This document shows, in pieces, positions 36,401 to 46,272 of a stretch of 64,000 nucleotides of DNA (positions within the stretch are counted from its first letter, which is position 1; each line of letters begins with the position of its first letter). The stretch comes from a virus. The stretch spans positions 52,232 to 116,231 of the IMG/VR virus record IMGVR_UViG_3300031576_000006. The stretch is one strand, 5' to 3'. The notes below the pieces were generated by a model, which was given only the letters and a program-made list of their open reading frames with translations, ran no database searches and was not told the origin of the DNA. Position numbers and translations under genes: made by a program.

Positions 36401-38046
36401 AGGGAAAGAAAAGAACTTTAGCTTCACAATTCACTACGGCATACAACGCAAGCTTCGACTCTGGAGTCTTAGCTGCTCGCGGTGGTAGGGTTGCAATCTT
36501 TCAAAAATTAGATGGTTCGTTTGGTAAATATGTTCAGCCGACCGATGAAACGTCTCAATTTATCAATGATGCAACTAATCCAACAGATCACGCTAATGAA
36601 GAAGTTGCAAGAATTTACAATTTCAGAGAGTTTGGGTATGGACTTTCTACTGACTTTCAAACCTTAACAGGAACTATAGCCGACAAATCCATGATCCTTG
36701 ACGATGGCGTCACTAGTTTAGTGTGCAATGATTGTAATACAGACCAAGTCGGTGTTAAGGACGCATTGGTAAATGCTCAAGCAGCCGGTTCATTCTGGAC
36801 ATTCACATGGGTTGGAACAGGAATCGATATATTTAATGCTCACACGCTTGTACCTTCAGTAAACTTTCCAGTTTTAACTCTTGATGGAACACAAATCGTA
36901 TCTGGAGGCACAAACAGATTCACTGCTAATAGCTGGCAAAGAATTGCATCTGGTCTTCCATACGGAACACACACATTAAAAATGGCTCAGGCTGTTGGTG
37001 GTACAGGATTCAGAGTTTCTGACTTTAAAGTTTATAGACCAATGACTCCGGCTGCTCCAGCTAATGCAATTATCACTGATATATATGACATTCCAGCTAC
37101 ATACGTAGGAACTGGGATAACTGGAACAACAAACGCCGCTAACATTCAAGTCGCGACAGGCGTCATCTCTAAAGCCGCAACTCGCGAACATGTTTTTGTT
37201 GGGGCTTGGCTGATAGATTCACCACCAGACCCAACACTGTTTTCTCAATCTATTGGTGGTGGTACTGATTATCGAACTAATTTCTGGGGAATAGGTTTCG
37301 TGATTCACCTTTCAGACTCAAGTGCTGGAACATATGACTACACCGTATCTATCGATGGAGTTCTTAATGCAACAGGCGTTGCTAGATCTAACTCATCAAA
37401 CCTTGGTGGTGGATCTTACCGCGTAACTTCAGTGGTGGGCGCACAACCAGCTCGTGTTGAGTTTACCGGACTGTCGATGAATAAACATACAATAATCGTT
37501 ACTAAAACTGCAGGTGCGGGTACATTTAGACTTCAAGCTATGCACTTGATCATGCCGATCTATTCTCATCAAAACTCTGGACCAAATGTTTACCAAAACA
37601 TGTTGACAGTTGGGTCTAGTGGTATGACTGACATGAGAAAATTTACTCCTGCAGATGATCCAGACAAAGCGGAATTCTCAAAAGCTAGCGGTATCACTTC
37701 TGCCCCTACGACAACATCAACATCATATGTGCCCTTATTCGAATGTTCAAATGCTATCTACACCACAAAAAGAAAATTAAGAGTAAAGTTCCAAAGCCCG
37801 TTTACTACCAACGCAGGCAACCAAGACGTATCAGCGGCCATATATTTAGACGGCATAAGGGTTGCCGAAGTGAACGCTACAACCCCATCGGCAACCTATA
37901 ACTTTGAGCTGTCTATGAATCAGACCTTCCCAATAGCTCCTGGATTCCATCAAGTTTTTATATTTTGGAAGACTAATGCCGGTACAGCAACGGCATCTGG
38001 AAACACTGCAGCTACAAGACTCATTGAGCTTGAGGGGGTTGACTAA
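33496..38046 (+). CDS. Large tail fibre/receptor-binding protein
   Basis: 1516 aa, T/G/S-rich, repeated GTG..DG..GL.YG.HT beta-sandwich modules. Confidence 0.7.
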   Translation: MSKILSGSKVQNPTDLLQGSAVDQLIDRGAQMYSDQQATFTGTGILFTRPMSVRFQDEAGKYHSNTIRFDVVDLFQAIPGTIPLADKQSIVCRLDRTTTNTKSILTAVRVSNITTFTTTVVHGLQLGDILTVSGMTSSTFNGTFKVLTMPTTSSFTVINVGANDTSTINGSLLSRNVILTAAAYSPTEPNLAAGTYSVVNTEDLKDIFLQEKDIVILFRREDTTDLLPVVMLPLHKQLLEAGQTVFLGASGSGGGAGDSLQADMKRRLGLSTYESLHVNDIEIRKDVRIDLPNSTGAYSPADKAFKFTSIGQTMRSYEMLDPEFLSKGIDLQKVEFTHRWKPIYLIVDSIANSGAVRTTNIATIKTTTAHGYIPGQSVVVANVSDASFDGTWVIATTPTGTSFTYANTGVDVAAATAGSGTVNAVQAATYQATRDGVEFQTVSLTQIGKTDTHVGTHTFTEEVTPQTLQTYDVSNANINNILNDSAAISRAQKFAVTHTETARFLTLYLNKLESAGNLTGHFYVRVVRDDAGLPSTDPNDIVKESISYDIDTLATGNISVVVDVSLCTLVAGTYWWEIIPDAEYQSSYLGGTRELRVRGDTTPSTYDGAQQNLAGVWSLTASNANTYLLTGRLLTMKFQVTASAANLLSIGYGALFEPLVGTTQTLYPKEVQRFTFSGDENRVLFTLGFLPDPDLLVVYDPKRGQSYVVDDDVFRIVGFNVTFEPNTFDFPGEEIKLVFSQIVGQGFDNSDQNANAIAEINSNLIDLGEELAALSNSMILPKIPAPFTSIQNRVLMVDLTQDLKSKLAPQRFHAQQLVLMPNELGPNGEAVWGLANDKFGQVRFVGTWTMIASTEGCHPLGATAGDYVEISFAGTGMNCLAIGQSPRDVRASVDGGAPGVNIFSLSSSVLLSRNYSSNEVNPVTTGLTYGMHTVKLTVTTANFHFMGFESFTSESTGLIRINPGSQYNKGKKRTLASQFTTAYNASFDSGVLAARGGRVAIFQKLDGSFGKYVQPTDETSQFINDATNPTDHANEEVARIYNFREFGYGLSTDFQTLTGTIADKSMILDDGVTSLVCNDCNTDQVGVKDALVNAQAAGSFWTFTWVGTGIDIFNAHTLVPSVNFPVLTLDGTQIVSGGTNRFTANSWQRIASGLPYGTHTLKMAQAVGGTGFRVSDFKVYRPMTPAAPANAIITDIYDIPATYVGTGITGTTNAANIQVATGVISKAATREHVFVGAWLIDSPPDPTLFSQSIGGGTDYRTNFWGIGFVIHLSDSSAGTYDYTVSIDGVLNATGVARSNSSNLGGGSYRVTSVVGAQPARVEFTGLSMNKHTIIVTKTAGAGTFRLQAMHLIMPIYSHQNSGPNVYQNMLTVGSSGMTDMRKFTPADDPDKAEFSKASGITSAPTTTSTSYVPLFECSNAIYTTKRKLRVKFQSPFTTNAGNQDVSAAIYLDGIRVAEVNATTPSATYNFELSMNQTFPIAPGFHQVFIFWKTNAGTATASGNTAATRLIELEGVD

Positions 38047-38831
38047 TGGCAACACAAATCACCTCACAAAATAGAGATCAAAGGCTTGGACAGCTTACTC
38101 ATTCGGCTGGCAATATAGTTCTTGCCGCTTCAACAATTCATATTGGAGCACTGCAATATACAACAGATACGAGCAAATCGGTTGCGCTTCCATCTTTGAT
38201 CGCTAATACAAGATATCAAGTGTACGCAGTAGACAACGGTGCAAGCGACGTTGCTTTGGTGATCTCAACAAACGAAAACTCAGTTGGTCCTGCTAGCTAC
38301 AACAAATGGAAGCTGGTTGGTTCACTTTATGCCGGAGCGACAGCATTTGGTAGTTTTGCTAATATTAAAGGATCGCCACGAACAGAGAGCATAGCATATA
38401 CTCCACCATTGACAGGATTGACTGGACCAACTGGAATTGTATTTTTTTGGCGAAGGGATGGTAAAAGAATATATGTATGGGGAACCGTTGATAGCGTAGG
38501 TACAGTGACCGCCACTGATGCTAGAGTTGACCTTCCTACAAATTTAATTGTCGATACTATAAATTTGGATACCGGAAAAACTCCAATTGGCCATGTGACA
38601 AGAACTAGCAACGCTGCGGCTACAGCCATATTGAATGATGGTCTTATATTTTGGAATACCACCTATACCAATGCTATGTCTCTCGGAAGGTTAAACCAAG
38701 GCGCTGGGAATACTAACATAATTCAAGCCGGATGGGATACCTTTACCTCTTCTAGTTTTGGATTAATTGTAACAGCGTCAGCGGGACTACCAATTACAGG
38801 CTGGTCCAACACTCCAATAGAGGATTTATAA
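38046..38831 (+). CDS. Tail fibre-associated protein
   Basis: WRRDG..I.V.G...LP....PITGW fibre-tip-like pattern. Confidence 0.55.
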   Translation: MATQITSQNRDQRLGQLTHSAGNIVLAASTIHIGALQYTTDTSKSVALPSLIANTRYQVYAVDNGASDVALVISTNENSVGPASYNKWKLVGSLYAGATAFGSFANIKGSPRTESIAYTPPLTGLTGPTGIVFFWRRDGKRIYVWGTVDSVGTVTATDARVDLPTNLIVDTINLDTGKTPIGHVTRTSNAAATAILNDGLIFWNTTYTNAMSLGRLNQGAGNTNIIQAGWDTFTSSSFGLIVTASAGLPITGWSNTPIEDL

Positions 38832-38832
38832 T

Positions 38833-40149
38833 ATGTCAGCAGGAATGACAGGCAACAGAAACGACAATATTAAGAGAAGCGATCTATTCGCTGACTCTCT
38901 TATTCCATCTGTTGGATTCAAAAACATTGAATGGAAACACCAGGCGACTGATGGTCAAACTGTCATTGATACCACTTCTTTGACTGCTCCTCCAATTGCT
39001 ACGGCGAATGGATTCTTACAGCCAACGCTTTCTGATCTCGCTTCTGTAAATATGAAGCAGTTTCGAAAGAATCTTACACTCATAAGCTCTACTGGTAAAA
39101 CACTTACCGACTATGTTGACTACAGGGTAACGGATTCCCACACACTTGTTCTTTCTTCACCTGCAATCGAAGGTGAGATCTTCACTGGTCGCATCGAAGC
39201 CAATCCACGGAATGGAACGGCAATGCTCGATGCAAGGCCTTTGGTTTTCACTGGAACATTGGCCGCTGGCAATACAGATTTCAACATTGGACCTTACCAA
39301 ATCGGAGCTTATCTTAACTTCCAACACGGTACAGTAATGATTTTCATTGAGAATCAATTGGCTTATCGTAACGATAACAACCAAGCACCCGGCGCTGGCA
39401 TTAATGGGGATTATCAAGAAATAGCAAATATCATCAGATTCAATACTGCAGATCTTTCAAAGGATCGCAGCGTGTCAGTGATCTCTATTGGTGCATTGGT
39501 TGAATCTCCAGATGGGAGTCAACTCGCAATGCTGGATAGTCTAGCTGGACAGATGGATAAAATCATCGAAGTCTTGGCGGCTGTCAGTGGTCAACCGGAA
39601 TCTTATTTCCAAGCTGCACCAAATCAAGCGGATCTGAAAGCTTTTGGCGATAGAGTTCTGACTCTTGAGAGAATTTATGACGTTAGCGTTCCAACTCTTA
39701 CAAATTGGGCTTCAGTGACAATGACACACAATTGGGGAGCTAATGCAACCTTGACTGCTCTTCGTAGACAAGTTGGGGACTCATATGAATATGAGTGTAA
39801 AATTTTACTTAGTGGGGCACCAACTGCAGTACAGTTGTCTGTTATATTACCTTCTGGTGATGTAATTGATACGTCAAAAATTACAGAATTAACTGGCACT
39901 GGTTCGGTATTAGGTATTGCTAATTGTCGAGATGCTGGAACTGAAATTTATGGACCTGCAATAGTAAACTATGAATCGACAACTACGGTATATCTCCAAA
40001 CTGGAGAAGCTACGGCTGGGCAGTTAGATAACGTAAGCAGCTCGGTTCCTTTTGCCTGGAATACATCAGACACGTTAAATTTTACTTTCAGAGCCCCAAT
40101 TATTGGATTGACTGCAACTCAAACTATTAGACAGATTTTAGGATTATAA
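38833..40149 (+). CDS. Tail fibre-associated protein
   Basis: ATDGQT, DY beta modules; C-term RQVGDS.E...LP.G..ID..K...PI.G. Confidence 0.55.
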   Translation: MSAGMTGNRNDNIKRSDLFADSLIPSVGFKNIEWKHQATDGQTVIDTTSLTAPPIATANGFLQPTLSDLASVNMKQFRKNLTLISSTGKTLTDYVDYRVTDSHTLVLSSPAIEGEIFTGRIEANPRNGTAMLDARPLVFTGTLAAGNTDFNIGPYQIGAYLNFQHGTVMIFIENQLAYRNDNNQAPGAGINGDYQEIANIIRFNTADLSKDRSVSVISIGALVESPDGSQLAMLDSLAGQMDKIIEVLAAVSGQPESYFQAAPNQADLKAFGDRVLTLERIYDVSVPTLTNWASVTMTHNWGANATLTALRRQVGDSYEYECKILLSGAPTAVQLSVILPSGDVIDTSKITELTGTGSVLGIANCRDAGTEIYGPAIVNYESTTTVYLQTGEATAGQLDNVSSSVPFAWNTSDTLNFTFRAPIIGLTATQTIRQILGL

Positions 40150-40150
40150 G

Positions 40151-40576
40151 ATGGCAGGCGCACGAAGACAATCAAATGATGAAATAGAAACAAGGTTGAA
40201 TGATCTTGAGTCTATCTCTGGAGAGAATTTATCAGCCTTAAGACAATATTCTATAACCGTTACCGGAGGTTCGAGCTGGGCCACAACTAGGGCTGTGGCA
40301 GTTCCCTACAAAACTATAGATGGGACTTGGAGAATTAGAATCAATGTTGCGGGAGTTACCACTACCACAACAACGCTCACTTTGACAATTACTGGAATAG
40401 TATTTAAAACGGGGTTCTCTCAAGCTCTGGCTGGTTCTTCAGATAATTTTCAAGGTATGAGATGTATTGGCAATGGTGGAACCAATACCATAACCATAGC
40501 TTCCGCAACTTCAGATACCCTTTGGTATGTTTCTGGAGATGTTGAACTAAATGCTCAACCAGCGTTTGTTATTTAA
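40151..40576 (+). CDS. Tail fibre-associated small beta protein
   Basis: T-rich, within the fibre cluster. Confidence 0.5.
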   Translation: MAGARRQSNDEIETRLNDLESISGENLSALRQYSITVTGGSSWATTRAVAVPYKTIDGTWRIRINVAGVTTTTTTLTLTITGIVFKTGFSQALAGSSDNFQGMRCIGNGGTNTITIASATSDTLWYVSGDVELNAQPAFVI

Positions 40577-40585
40577 GGAATCAAT

Positions 40586-41677
40586 ATGGCAAGTAATCAA
40601 CAACTAACACCAAGACTGAATAGACTGGAACCAAACATCGTTATTGACGGCGGTATGGAGATCTGGCCTGAAGGAACTTCTAGATCCGTAGCCAGTGGCT
40701 CCGATCTTTATGGTGCAGTTCTATTTAGAAACGCTAACGACTCATCTTCTGTAACTTTGACAAACTCTCAACAAGACTCTATCCCTGCTGGAACAAACGT
40801 ACCGTTCTCTAATCAGGTCTCTAAAACCGCTTCAGGAACTCTAGTGCCTGGAACAAGAACCATGCTCAGATATTTTGTTGAAGGATATGACCTGAACAAA
40901 TTATTGAACCAAGAATTCTCGGTTATTTTCTGGGTTAAGTCTACCGTTGCAGCGAATAGAAGTTTAGTTCTAACAAACGGAACGGCAACACATTCTTTTG
41001 TTCAACAGTATAATATTGCATCAGCTAATACTTGGCAGTTACAGGTATTAAAATTTTCTGCATTAAGTTCATGTCCAGGCACCCTTGATAGAGTCAGTGG
41101 TTCAGGACTTCAAGTTAGATTTGGCATCGTTAGTGGATCTACTTTCCAAACAAGCACTCTAAATTCTTGGGTTGCTGGGAATTTTAGCTCTGGAACTGGT
41201 GAAGACACTACTTGGCTCACGGGCACAACTCACGATTTTAGCATTGCCGGTGTGATGATACTTCCTGGCGACTGGACATCGTTGACGTCTAACGTCTCTT
41301 CATATAACTTTCTAAGAGCTGGAAGAAACTTCCAAGATGAACAGTCAATGACACAGAGATATTACGAAAAGAGCTATGATTCAAACTTATCTCCAGGAGC
41401 CATAGCAGGAGGTGGATCAACTTATATACTTATAGCCCAACAAGAAACTGCAAATGAGTATAGAATAAGTACGAGATTTAGCGTTAGAAAAAGAGCTGAT
41501 CCTGTTGTCGTTACCTATGCTCCATCATCTGCCACAGCAAATAGAGTTGAAGGTGCGGTTGTAGAGGTATCGATAGTACAAAGTAAAGGCGAAACTGGCT
41601 TCACTGCAGGAAAAGGTCCAGGAACTACACTGGGCAATCAAATAAATTATCAATGGACAGCGGACGCGAGATTTTAA
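40586..41677 (+). CDS. Tail fibre/carbohydrate-binding-like protein
   Basis: N..IDG.M.IW..GTS start, QRYYEKSY and WTADA.F end typical of phage fibre proteins. Confidence 0.65.
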   Translation: MASNQQLTPRLNRLEPNIVIDGGMEIWPEGTSRSVASGSDLYGAVLFRNANDSSSVTLTNSQQDSIPAGTNVPFSNQVSKTASGTLVPGTRTMLRYFVEGYDLNKLLNQEFSVIFWVKSTVAANRSLVLTNGTATHSFVQQYNIASANTWQLQVLKFSALSSCPGTLDRVSGSGLQVRFGIVSGSTFQTSTLNSWVAGNFSSGTGEDTTWLTGTTHDFSIAGVMILPGDWTSLTSNVSSYNFLRAGRNFQDEQSMTQRYYEKSYDSNLSPGAIAGGGSTYILIAQQETANEYRISTRFSVRKRADPVVVTYAPSSATANRVEGAVVEVSIVQSKGETGFTAGKGPGTTLGNQINYQWTADARF

Positions 41678-41689
41678 TGGAGAATCATA

Positions 41690-43897
41690 ATGGCCAACAC
41701 TAAATCAAGCATAGCAAATATTGGAGAAATTCTCGGGACTCTTCCGGCGAAGTTCACGTTCCAGAATCCTCCATTAATTGCGGCTCCCAATACAGCCATT
41801 ACTGACCTATCTGGAAATGCCAGACAATTGCCGGACCCTGCTCAGGCTTTAAGACCTAGTGGCGGTATCGAACGAGTTCTTACTAAACAGCTTCGATTGA
41901 TTGTTAATGAAAAAGGTCCTAACGGTGAAGCCGTATGGGGAATCAATGGGGATGACAGAATTAGATTCGTCGGTAACTGGAGCGTAACTTCCAGCACTTC
42001 CGGTGCATTCATCCATTCTACAACTTCAGGAGATTTCTTCGAAGTAACTTGGTTTGGTACTGGCTTCAATATTCTCACTGCCTATGCAACTATTTCTGCT
42101 GCAACAACATATCAGCTAGACGGCGGCTCAGCCGTGGCTCTTTCTGGTCTGTCTGGAACATCAAGTTTCCTTGAAGCTAGAAACTATGCTGTGAATGGAG
42201 TTTATCCCACTACTAACTTGGCAACTGTTGGTAGACACACTATTCGTGTCAATTGTCTTGGTGTTCTTAAAATTTATGGAGTAGAACTCCTTGATGAATC
42301 AAGCCAAATCAAGATCCCAGCCGGTGAAGCATTTGCTAATGGTAAAAAATATACAAACTCGGCCTTGGCTTCTATCGATTACCTAAGTGGCTTTGATGGA
42401 AACCCAGTCTTGAACGGTCGCGGTGGACATGCGGTTATTTATAAACGTCTTAATGGCGTGACTGGCAAAGTTCTTCAGCAAACTGGCTCTCAAGGCAACT
42501 TTGGATCTGCGAGTCATTTAGACGAATCCGTACTTCACAGGCCAAACTTTCGAGAATTTGGTGCAAGTAGATCAGATGACTTTTCCACAATCGCCGGTTC
42601 ATCCACAACAAGAGCTTATGTGCTTGACGACGGGTTAACCACTCTCATCGGTAGTGCGGTATTTGCTAATACTAACTTAGCCACAGAAGGTCTCAGCTTC
42701 AACGCTGCGGCGAGCTACTTCACACTTACTTTCGAAGGTACCGGGCTCGACATATTCGTAGCTCTACAGGCCGCTGGCACATTTACGACGAACGTATTAA
42801 TTGATGGAACGAGCATTGGAAACTTCACTAATACTGATTTAGTCGCTGGGTCATTCAGATATTTGAAGATAGTATCTGGTCTTCCATATGGAACCCACAC
42901 AGCAAAATTTGTCTCTACCGCTCAGACCCAAAACAATATTATTAATCACTTCGTGATCTATGGACCTAAAAAGCCAACGATTCCTGCTGATGCAATTGAA
43001 TTGAAAAGCTATTATCTCACTTCTACTTTTGTAGCCAACACTGTAGGCTCACCGTCAACCACAAGCTTGGATACAATTTCCCAAGGCATAATGAGAAAAC
43101 AGGGCCAACGAGAGATCGTTTACAACGGCACATGGTCTATCGGTTCTGTTGACGCAACCTTCCCTAATGGATATTCTATTTCATCTACGACCGTAGGAAA
43201 CTATGTAGAGTACACATTTTGGGGAATCGGATTTGATCTTAGAATGTTCATGTCTACTGCTGGAACTGGTAACGTACAACTCCTACTTGATGGAGTCGCT
43301 ACTAACTTTTCAGGATTCACTACGACTTTTGCTGGTCCCGCTGGTACAAGTTTTACAAATACCACGGGTCTTATCGATGGATCGGCTTCGGCTGGTTCTG
43401 GATTCGCGTCTACAACGGTCAATGGACTTACACTTGGTAAACACACTCTTAGGGCTACAATTTTGACAACGGGTATGAATATGGTTGCTTTTGATGTAAT
43501 ATCTCCTATTCATTTTCCAAATACTAAAATCGGCTCTTTAGCAATGAGTCCTGGAATCCAATTAGCCTCTGATTCAGGGGCCGTGGCGGATGTAGACTTA
43601 AGTAAAGCAAAGGCGTGGATTGTTTTTGATGGTACGAATGGCGTTATTTTCGCTTCAATGAATGTAAGCGCCATGCTAAGAACGACTACTGGTACTTATC
43701 GGGTTTACTTCCAAAAACCATTTAAGAATAAGGATTACGTTGCTGTAGGTGCGGCTCAAGCAGGTACTGATAAGTTGGTGCATTTTGGAACTCCATTCGC
43801 CGATTCTATTACGGTATTAAATATAGCTGGTGGACCAACTGAGGATAATACTCGTATATCCGCTGCATTTTTTGGTGAGCTTGAGGGTGAGGAATAA
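41690..43897 (+). CDS. Tail fibre/receptor-binding protein, paralogue of the C-terminal half of 33496
   Basis: Shared GPNGEAVWG, RFVG.W, NFREFG, LDDG.T.L, SGLPYGTHT; ends AKAW..FDG..NVS...TG.Y.V.F. Confidence 0.7.
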   Translation: MANTKSSIANIGEILGTLPAKFTFQNPPLIAAPNTAITDLSGNARQLPDPAQALRPSGGIERVLTKQLRLIVNEKGPNGEAVWGINGDDRIRFVGNWSVTSSTSGAFIHSTTSGDFFEVTWFGTGFNILTAYATISAATTYQLDGGSAVALSGLSGTSSFLEARNYAVNGVYPTTNLATVGRHTIRVNCLGVLKIYGVELLDESSQIKIPAGEAFANGKKYTNSALASIDYLSGFDGNPVLNGRGGHAVIYKRLNGVTGKVLQQTGSQGNFGSASHLDESVLHRPNFREFGASRSDDFSTIAGSSTTRAYVLDDGLTTLIGSAVFANTNLATEGLSFNAAASYFTLTFEGTGLDIFVALQAAGTFTTNVLIDGTSIGNFTNTDLVAGSFRYLKIVSGLPYGTHTAKFVSTAQTQNNIINHFVIYGPKKPTIPADAIELKSYYLTSTFVANTVGSPSTTSLDTISQGIMRKQGQREIVYNGTWSIGSVDATFPNGYSISSTTVGNYVEYTFWGIGFDLRMFMSTAGTGNVQLLLDGVATNFSGFTTTFAGPAGTSFTNTTGLIDGSASAGSGFASTTVNGLTLGKHTLRATILTTGMNMVAFDVISPIHFPNTKIGSLAMSPGIQLASDSGAVADVDLSKAKAWIVFDGTNGVIFASMNVSAMLRTTTGTYRVYFQKPFKNKDYVAVGAAQAGTDKLVHFGTPFADSITVLNIAGGPTEDNTRISAAFFGELEGEE

Positions 43898-44319
43898 TGA
43901 AACAACATAAGCTTAAAAGACCTGATGGGTCTATCTCAATTTTGAACTGTGACAATGATCCTTCTATGTTTATTCCAGAAGGTTGGGAATTACTCCCTGA
44001 TCAAGATCTTCCTGCCGGTCACATCGACGCTATGGAGGCCGATGAAAATGGCTCTATTTCTTTATCATTGTCGAAACTACGAACCCTTAAAGTAAATGAG
44101 ATTCGTGCAAGGCGCGATCAATGGCTTAAAAAGTCCGATGAGGCTTGGGTTGAATTGAAATCAAAAGGCCAATCTACTGCCGATATCGAAGAAGATAAGG
44201 ATGAGCTTCGCGCACTTCCACAACTGGCATCTGACGAACTTGCTGATCTCGATACTAAAGAAGAAATTGAAGCGTATGATGCATTTGAGATGCTCGCTAT
44301 GTCTAGGAGTTACGAATGA
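43897..44319 (+). CDS. Tail fibre assembly chaperone-like
   Basis: IR..RD..L..SD...LR.LP motif after fibre genes. Confidence 0.6.
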   Translation: MKQHKLKRPDGSISILNCDNDPSMFIPEGWELLPDQDLPAGHIDAMEADENGSISLSLSKLRTLKVNEIRARRDQWLKKSDEAWVELKSKGQSTADIEEDKDELRALPQLASDELADLDTKEEIEAYDAFEMLAMSRSYE

Positions 44320-44768
44320 AACGCTGGCTAACAATTAACATGAACACTTCTGAAATCGCTCACAGTCATAACTCTGAAGACAAGCCTACATGGGTTGGAA
44401 ACTTCTCTGAGTCATATTATAAAGTCGTAGAAGCTCCTTCAGATATCCTTGAGTCAGAGCTTTCTGTCGCCGTTGAAGATGGAGAGATTTCTTTTAGCAC
44501 TAATAGCCCACTCAAAGCAATAAGGGTTCAATCGGAGCGCGATGCTAAGCTTGACCAAATCAGAGCATTAAGGGATCAGAAACTTTCAGAAGCTGACGTT
44601 ATGGTCAATGAGCTAGTCCTTGAGATTCGCGCTGATAAAGTAGCTGTTAAAGATTACAGACAAGCATTGCTCGATTACACGAATATTTACAAGAAATTGG
44701 ACGGACATGCCCGTGCTTCTATCGATAATGTCGATTTAGAAGATCTTGAGTGGCCCACAGAGCCATAA
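44316..44768 (+). CDS. Tail fibre assembly chaperone-like
   Basis: IR..RD..L.EAD...YRQAL.D...WPT.P motif. Confidence 0.7.
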   Translation: MKRWLTINMNTSEIAHSHNSEDKPTWVGNFSESYYKVVEAPSDILESELSVAVEDGEISFSTNSPLKAIRVQSERDAKLDQIRALRDQKLSEADVMVNELVLEIRADKVAVKDYRQALLDYTNIYKKLDGHARASIDNVDLEDLEWPTEP

Positions 44769-44774
44769 TCCAAA

Positions 44775-44900
44775 ATGATAAAAAAAGAATGTTCAAAACA
44801 TTTTAGCGATATGAGTAAGCACAACAGGAATTTCGTATTTCCAGTTTGTACCCTTTCTCTTATTGCATTCCTGGCTTTTTTAGCCATCGTCTTAATGTAA
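44775..44900 (+). CDS. Small single-TM protein (41 aa)
   Basis: MIKKECSK...FVFPVCTLSLIAFLAFLAIVLM, below ORF-track cutoff, near the endolysin. Confidence 0.45.
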   Translation: MIKKECSKHFSDMSKHNRNFVFPVCTLSLIAFLAFLAIVLM

Positions 44901-44906
44901 GTATAT

Positions 44907-45116
44907 ATGCAGAGATCTTGTCCGATATGTATTTCTTACATGCTGTCTCATCCGGCCTTAAAGGGATGGACCAAATGTGTGACCTGCGGCTATTGCATGG
45001 ACAAAGATGGAAAAAATAAACAGTACTCTAACGGATACGACAAAGGAGAACAAAATGAAAGAACAAAAGAATGCACCGAAGCTGACGATAAAAAACCGTC
45101 CAGGAATGGAAGATAG
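44907..45116 (+). CDS. Small zinc-ribbon protein
   Basis: CPIC...CVTCG. Confidence 0.55.
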   Translation: MQRSCPICISYMLSHPALKGWTKCVTCGYCMDKDGKNKQYSNGYDKGEQNERTKECTEADDKKPSRNGR

Positions 45117-45146
45117 AATTACTACCGGCGCTAATACTAAGGTATC

Positions 45147-45566
45147 TTGATGATAACCATCAATGAGTTACTTAAGGGGAAAAAATTAGAGGATCAATCT
45201 ACTGCAATTCAAACAAATTTGAAGGATCTTTTGATCAAAATTAATAAAGTTCGAACCAAGAGGGACCTACCAATGACAATCACGTCTGGACTCCGTACTG
45301 TGGATGACCATTTAAGAATCTACGAGGATCTTGCGAAACAAAGAAAGGTGCCATTTGATAAATCTAAAGTGCCCATGCAGTCAAAACATCTTTATGGTCA
45401 AGCTGTGGATATTTCCGATCCAGACGGCTCCTTATTCCAGTGGACTAAAGATAATGAAAAATTTTTAACTGAGGTGGGGCTTTGGATGGAAGAAAAGGAC
45501 GATCAACCTCGTGTTCATTTTCAAATCGTTCCTCCTAAATCAGGAAAGCGTTGGTTTTATCCTTGA
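45147..45566 (+). CDS. Endolysin, peptidase M15 family
   Basis: ITSGLR, SKHLYGQAVDI (SxHxxGxAxD), VHFQ zinc ligands. Confidence 0.85.
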   Translation: MMITINELLKGKKLEDQSTAIQTNLKDLLIKINKVRTKRDLPMTITSGLRTVDDHLRIYEDLAKQRKVPFDKSKVPMQSKHLYGQAVDISDPDGSLFQWTKDNEKFLTEVGLWMEEKDDQPRVHFQIVPPKSGKRWFYP

Positions 45567-46090
45567 ACGAATTTTATGTTTATGGACATTATAGGAATGA
45601 TACCAATCAATTATTTTATGTTGGTAAGGGGAAAGATCGCCGGGCTTACGCGAAAAAAAACCGCAATAAGCACTGGACCCTTATAGCCGATAAATATGGC
45701 TATACCGTGTATTTTTTCTACAAGGATCTTTCCGAGAAGGAAGCTTATGATTTAGAGAAAGCTGTTATTGCAGATACCGCGCCAGAAGCCAATTATGCTC
45801 CTGGCGGACCTATTTGTGGTACTTGTATAAAGGGATTCCTCGGCAAAAAACACACTGAAGAGCATAAGCTTTATATGTCAAATCTTTACAAGGGTAGACA
45901 AATGCGTAAAATGGATGAATCTTATAAAAAACAACTAAAGGCTGCCGGTATGAAACGGGCTAAAAAAGTTTTGGATTCTAATTCACAAACAGTCTATGAA
46001 AGTATTCGTGAATGCTCTAGGGGGGTTGGCATAAGCAAAAGTGGTATAATTTCTATGATTAAGCGCGATTTTCGCTTTAAAGTTGTATGA
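45551..46090 (+). mobile_element. Free-standing GIY-YIG homing endonuclease with NUMOD3/NUMOD1-like motifs
   Basis: YVY.H......FYVGKG...RA, GKKHTEEHK, YESIREC. Confidence 0.75.
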
Positions 46091-46272
46091 TACCGTCGCC
46101 TGAGTTTTGGTTGGCAGTATCGCCACTTATTTTTGCAATAATCGTTGGACTATTTCTGACCAATCACAATCTTAAAGTGGCACACAGAGAAAGAGAAGAA
46201 AGAATCGCTAGACGCAAGGCCAAGAAAAAGATCATTTTAGCAATTCCTCCGAAGAAGCTTCTGGATACCTAG
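46087..46272 (+). CDS. Small membrane protein
   Basis: N-terminal TM helix and basic tail; last plus-strand gene. Confidence 0.55.
   Translation: MIPSPEFWLAVSPLIFAIIVGLFLTNHNLKVAHREREERIARRKAKKKIILAIPPKKLLDT

Noticed and set aside
33496-43897. Diversity-generating retroelement target in fibre genes
   Set aside because: No reverse transcriptase in the window and I saw no repeat pair differing only at adenines; a remote DGR cannot be excluded
45551-46090. Group I intron around the GIY-YIG gene
   Set aside because: The flanking endolysin appears complete and there is no non-coding space for an intron core; the nuclease is free-standing
4134-46272. Numerous short antisense or nested ORFs in the track (e.g. 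33564-34136 minus)
   Set aside because: Shadow frames of long structural genes with no RBS or recognisable motifs
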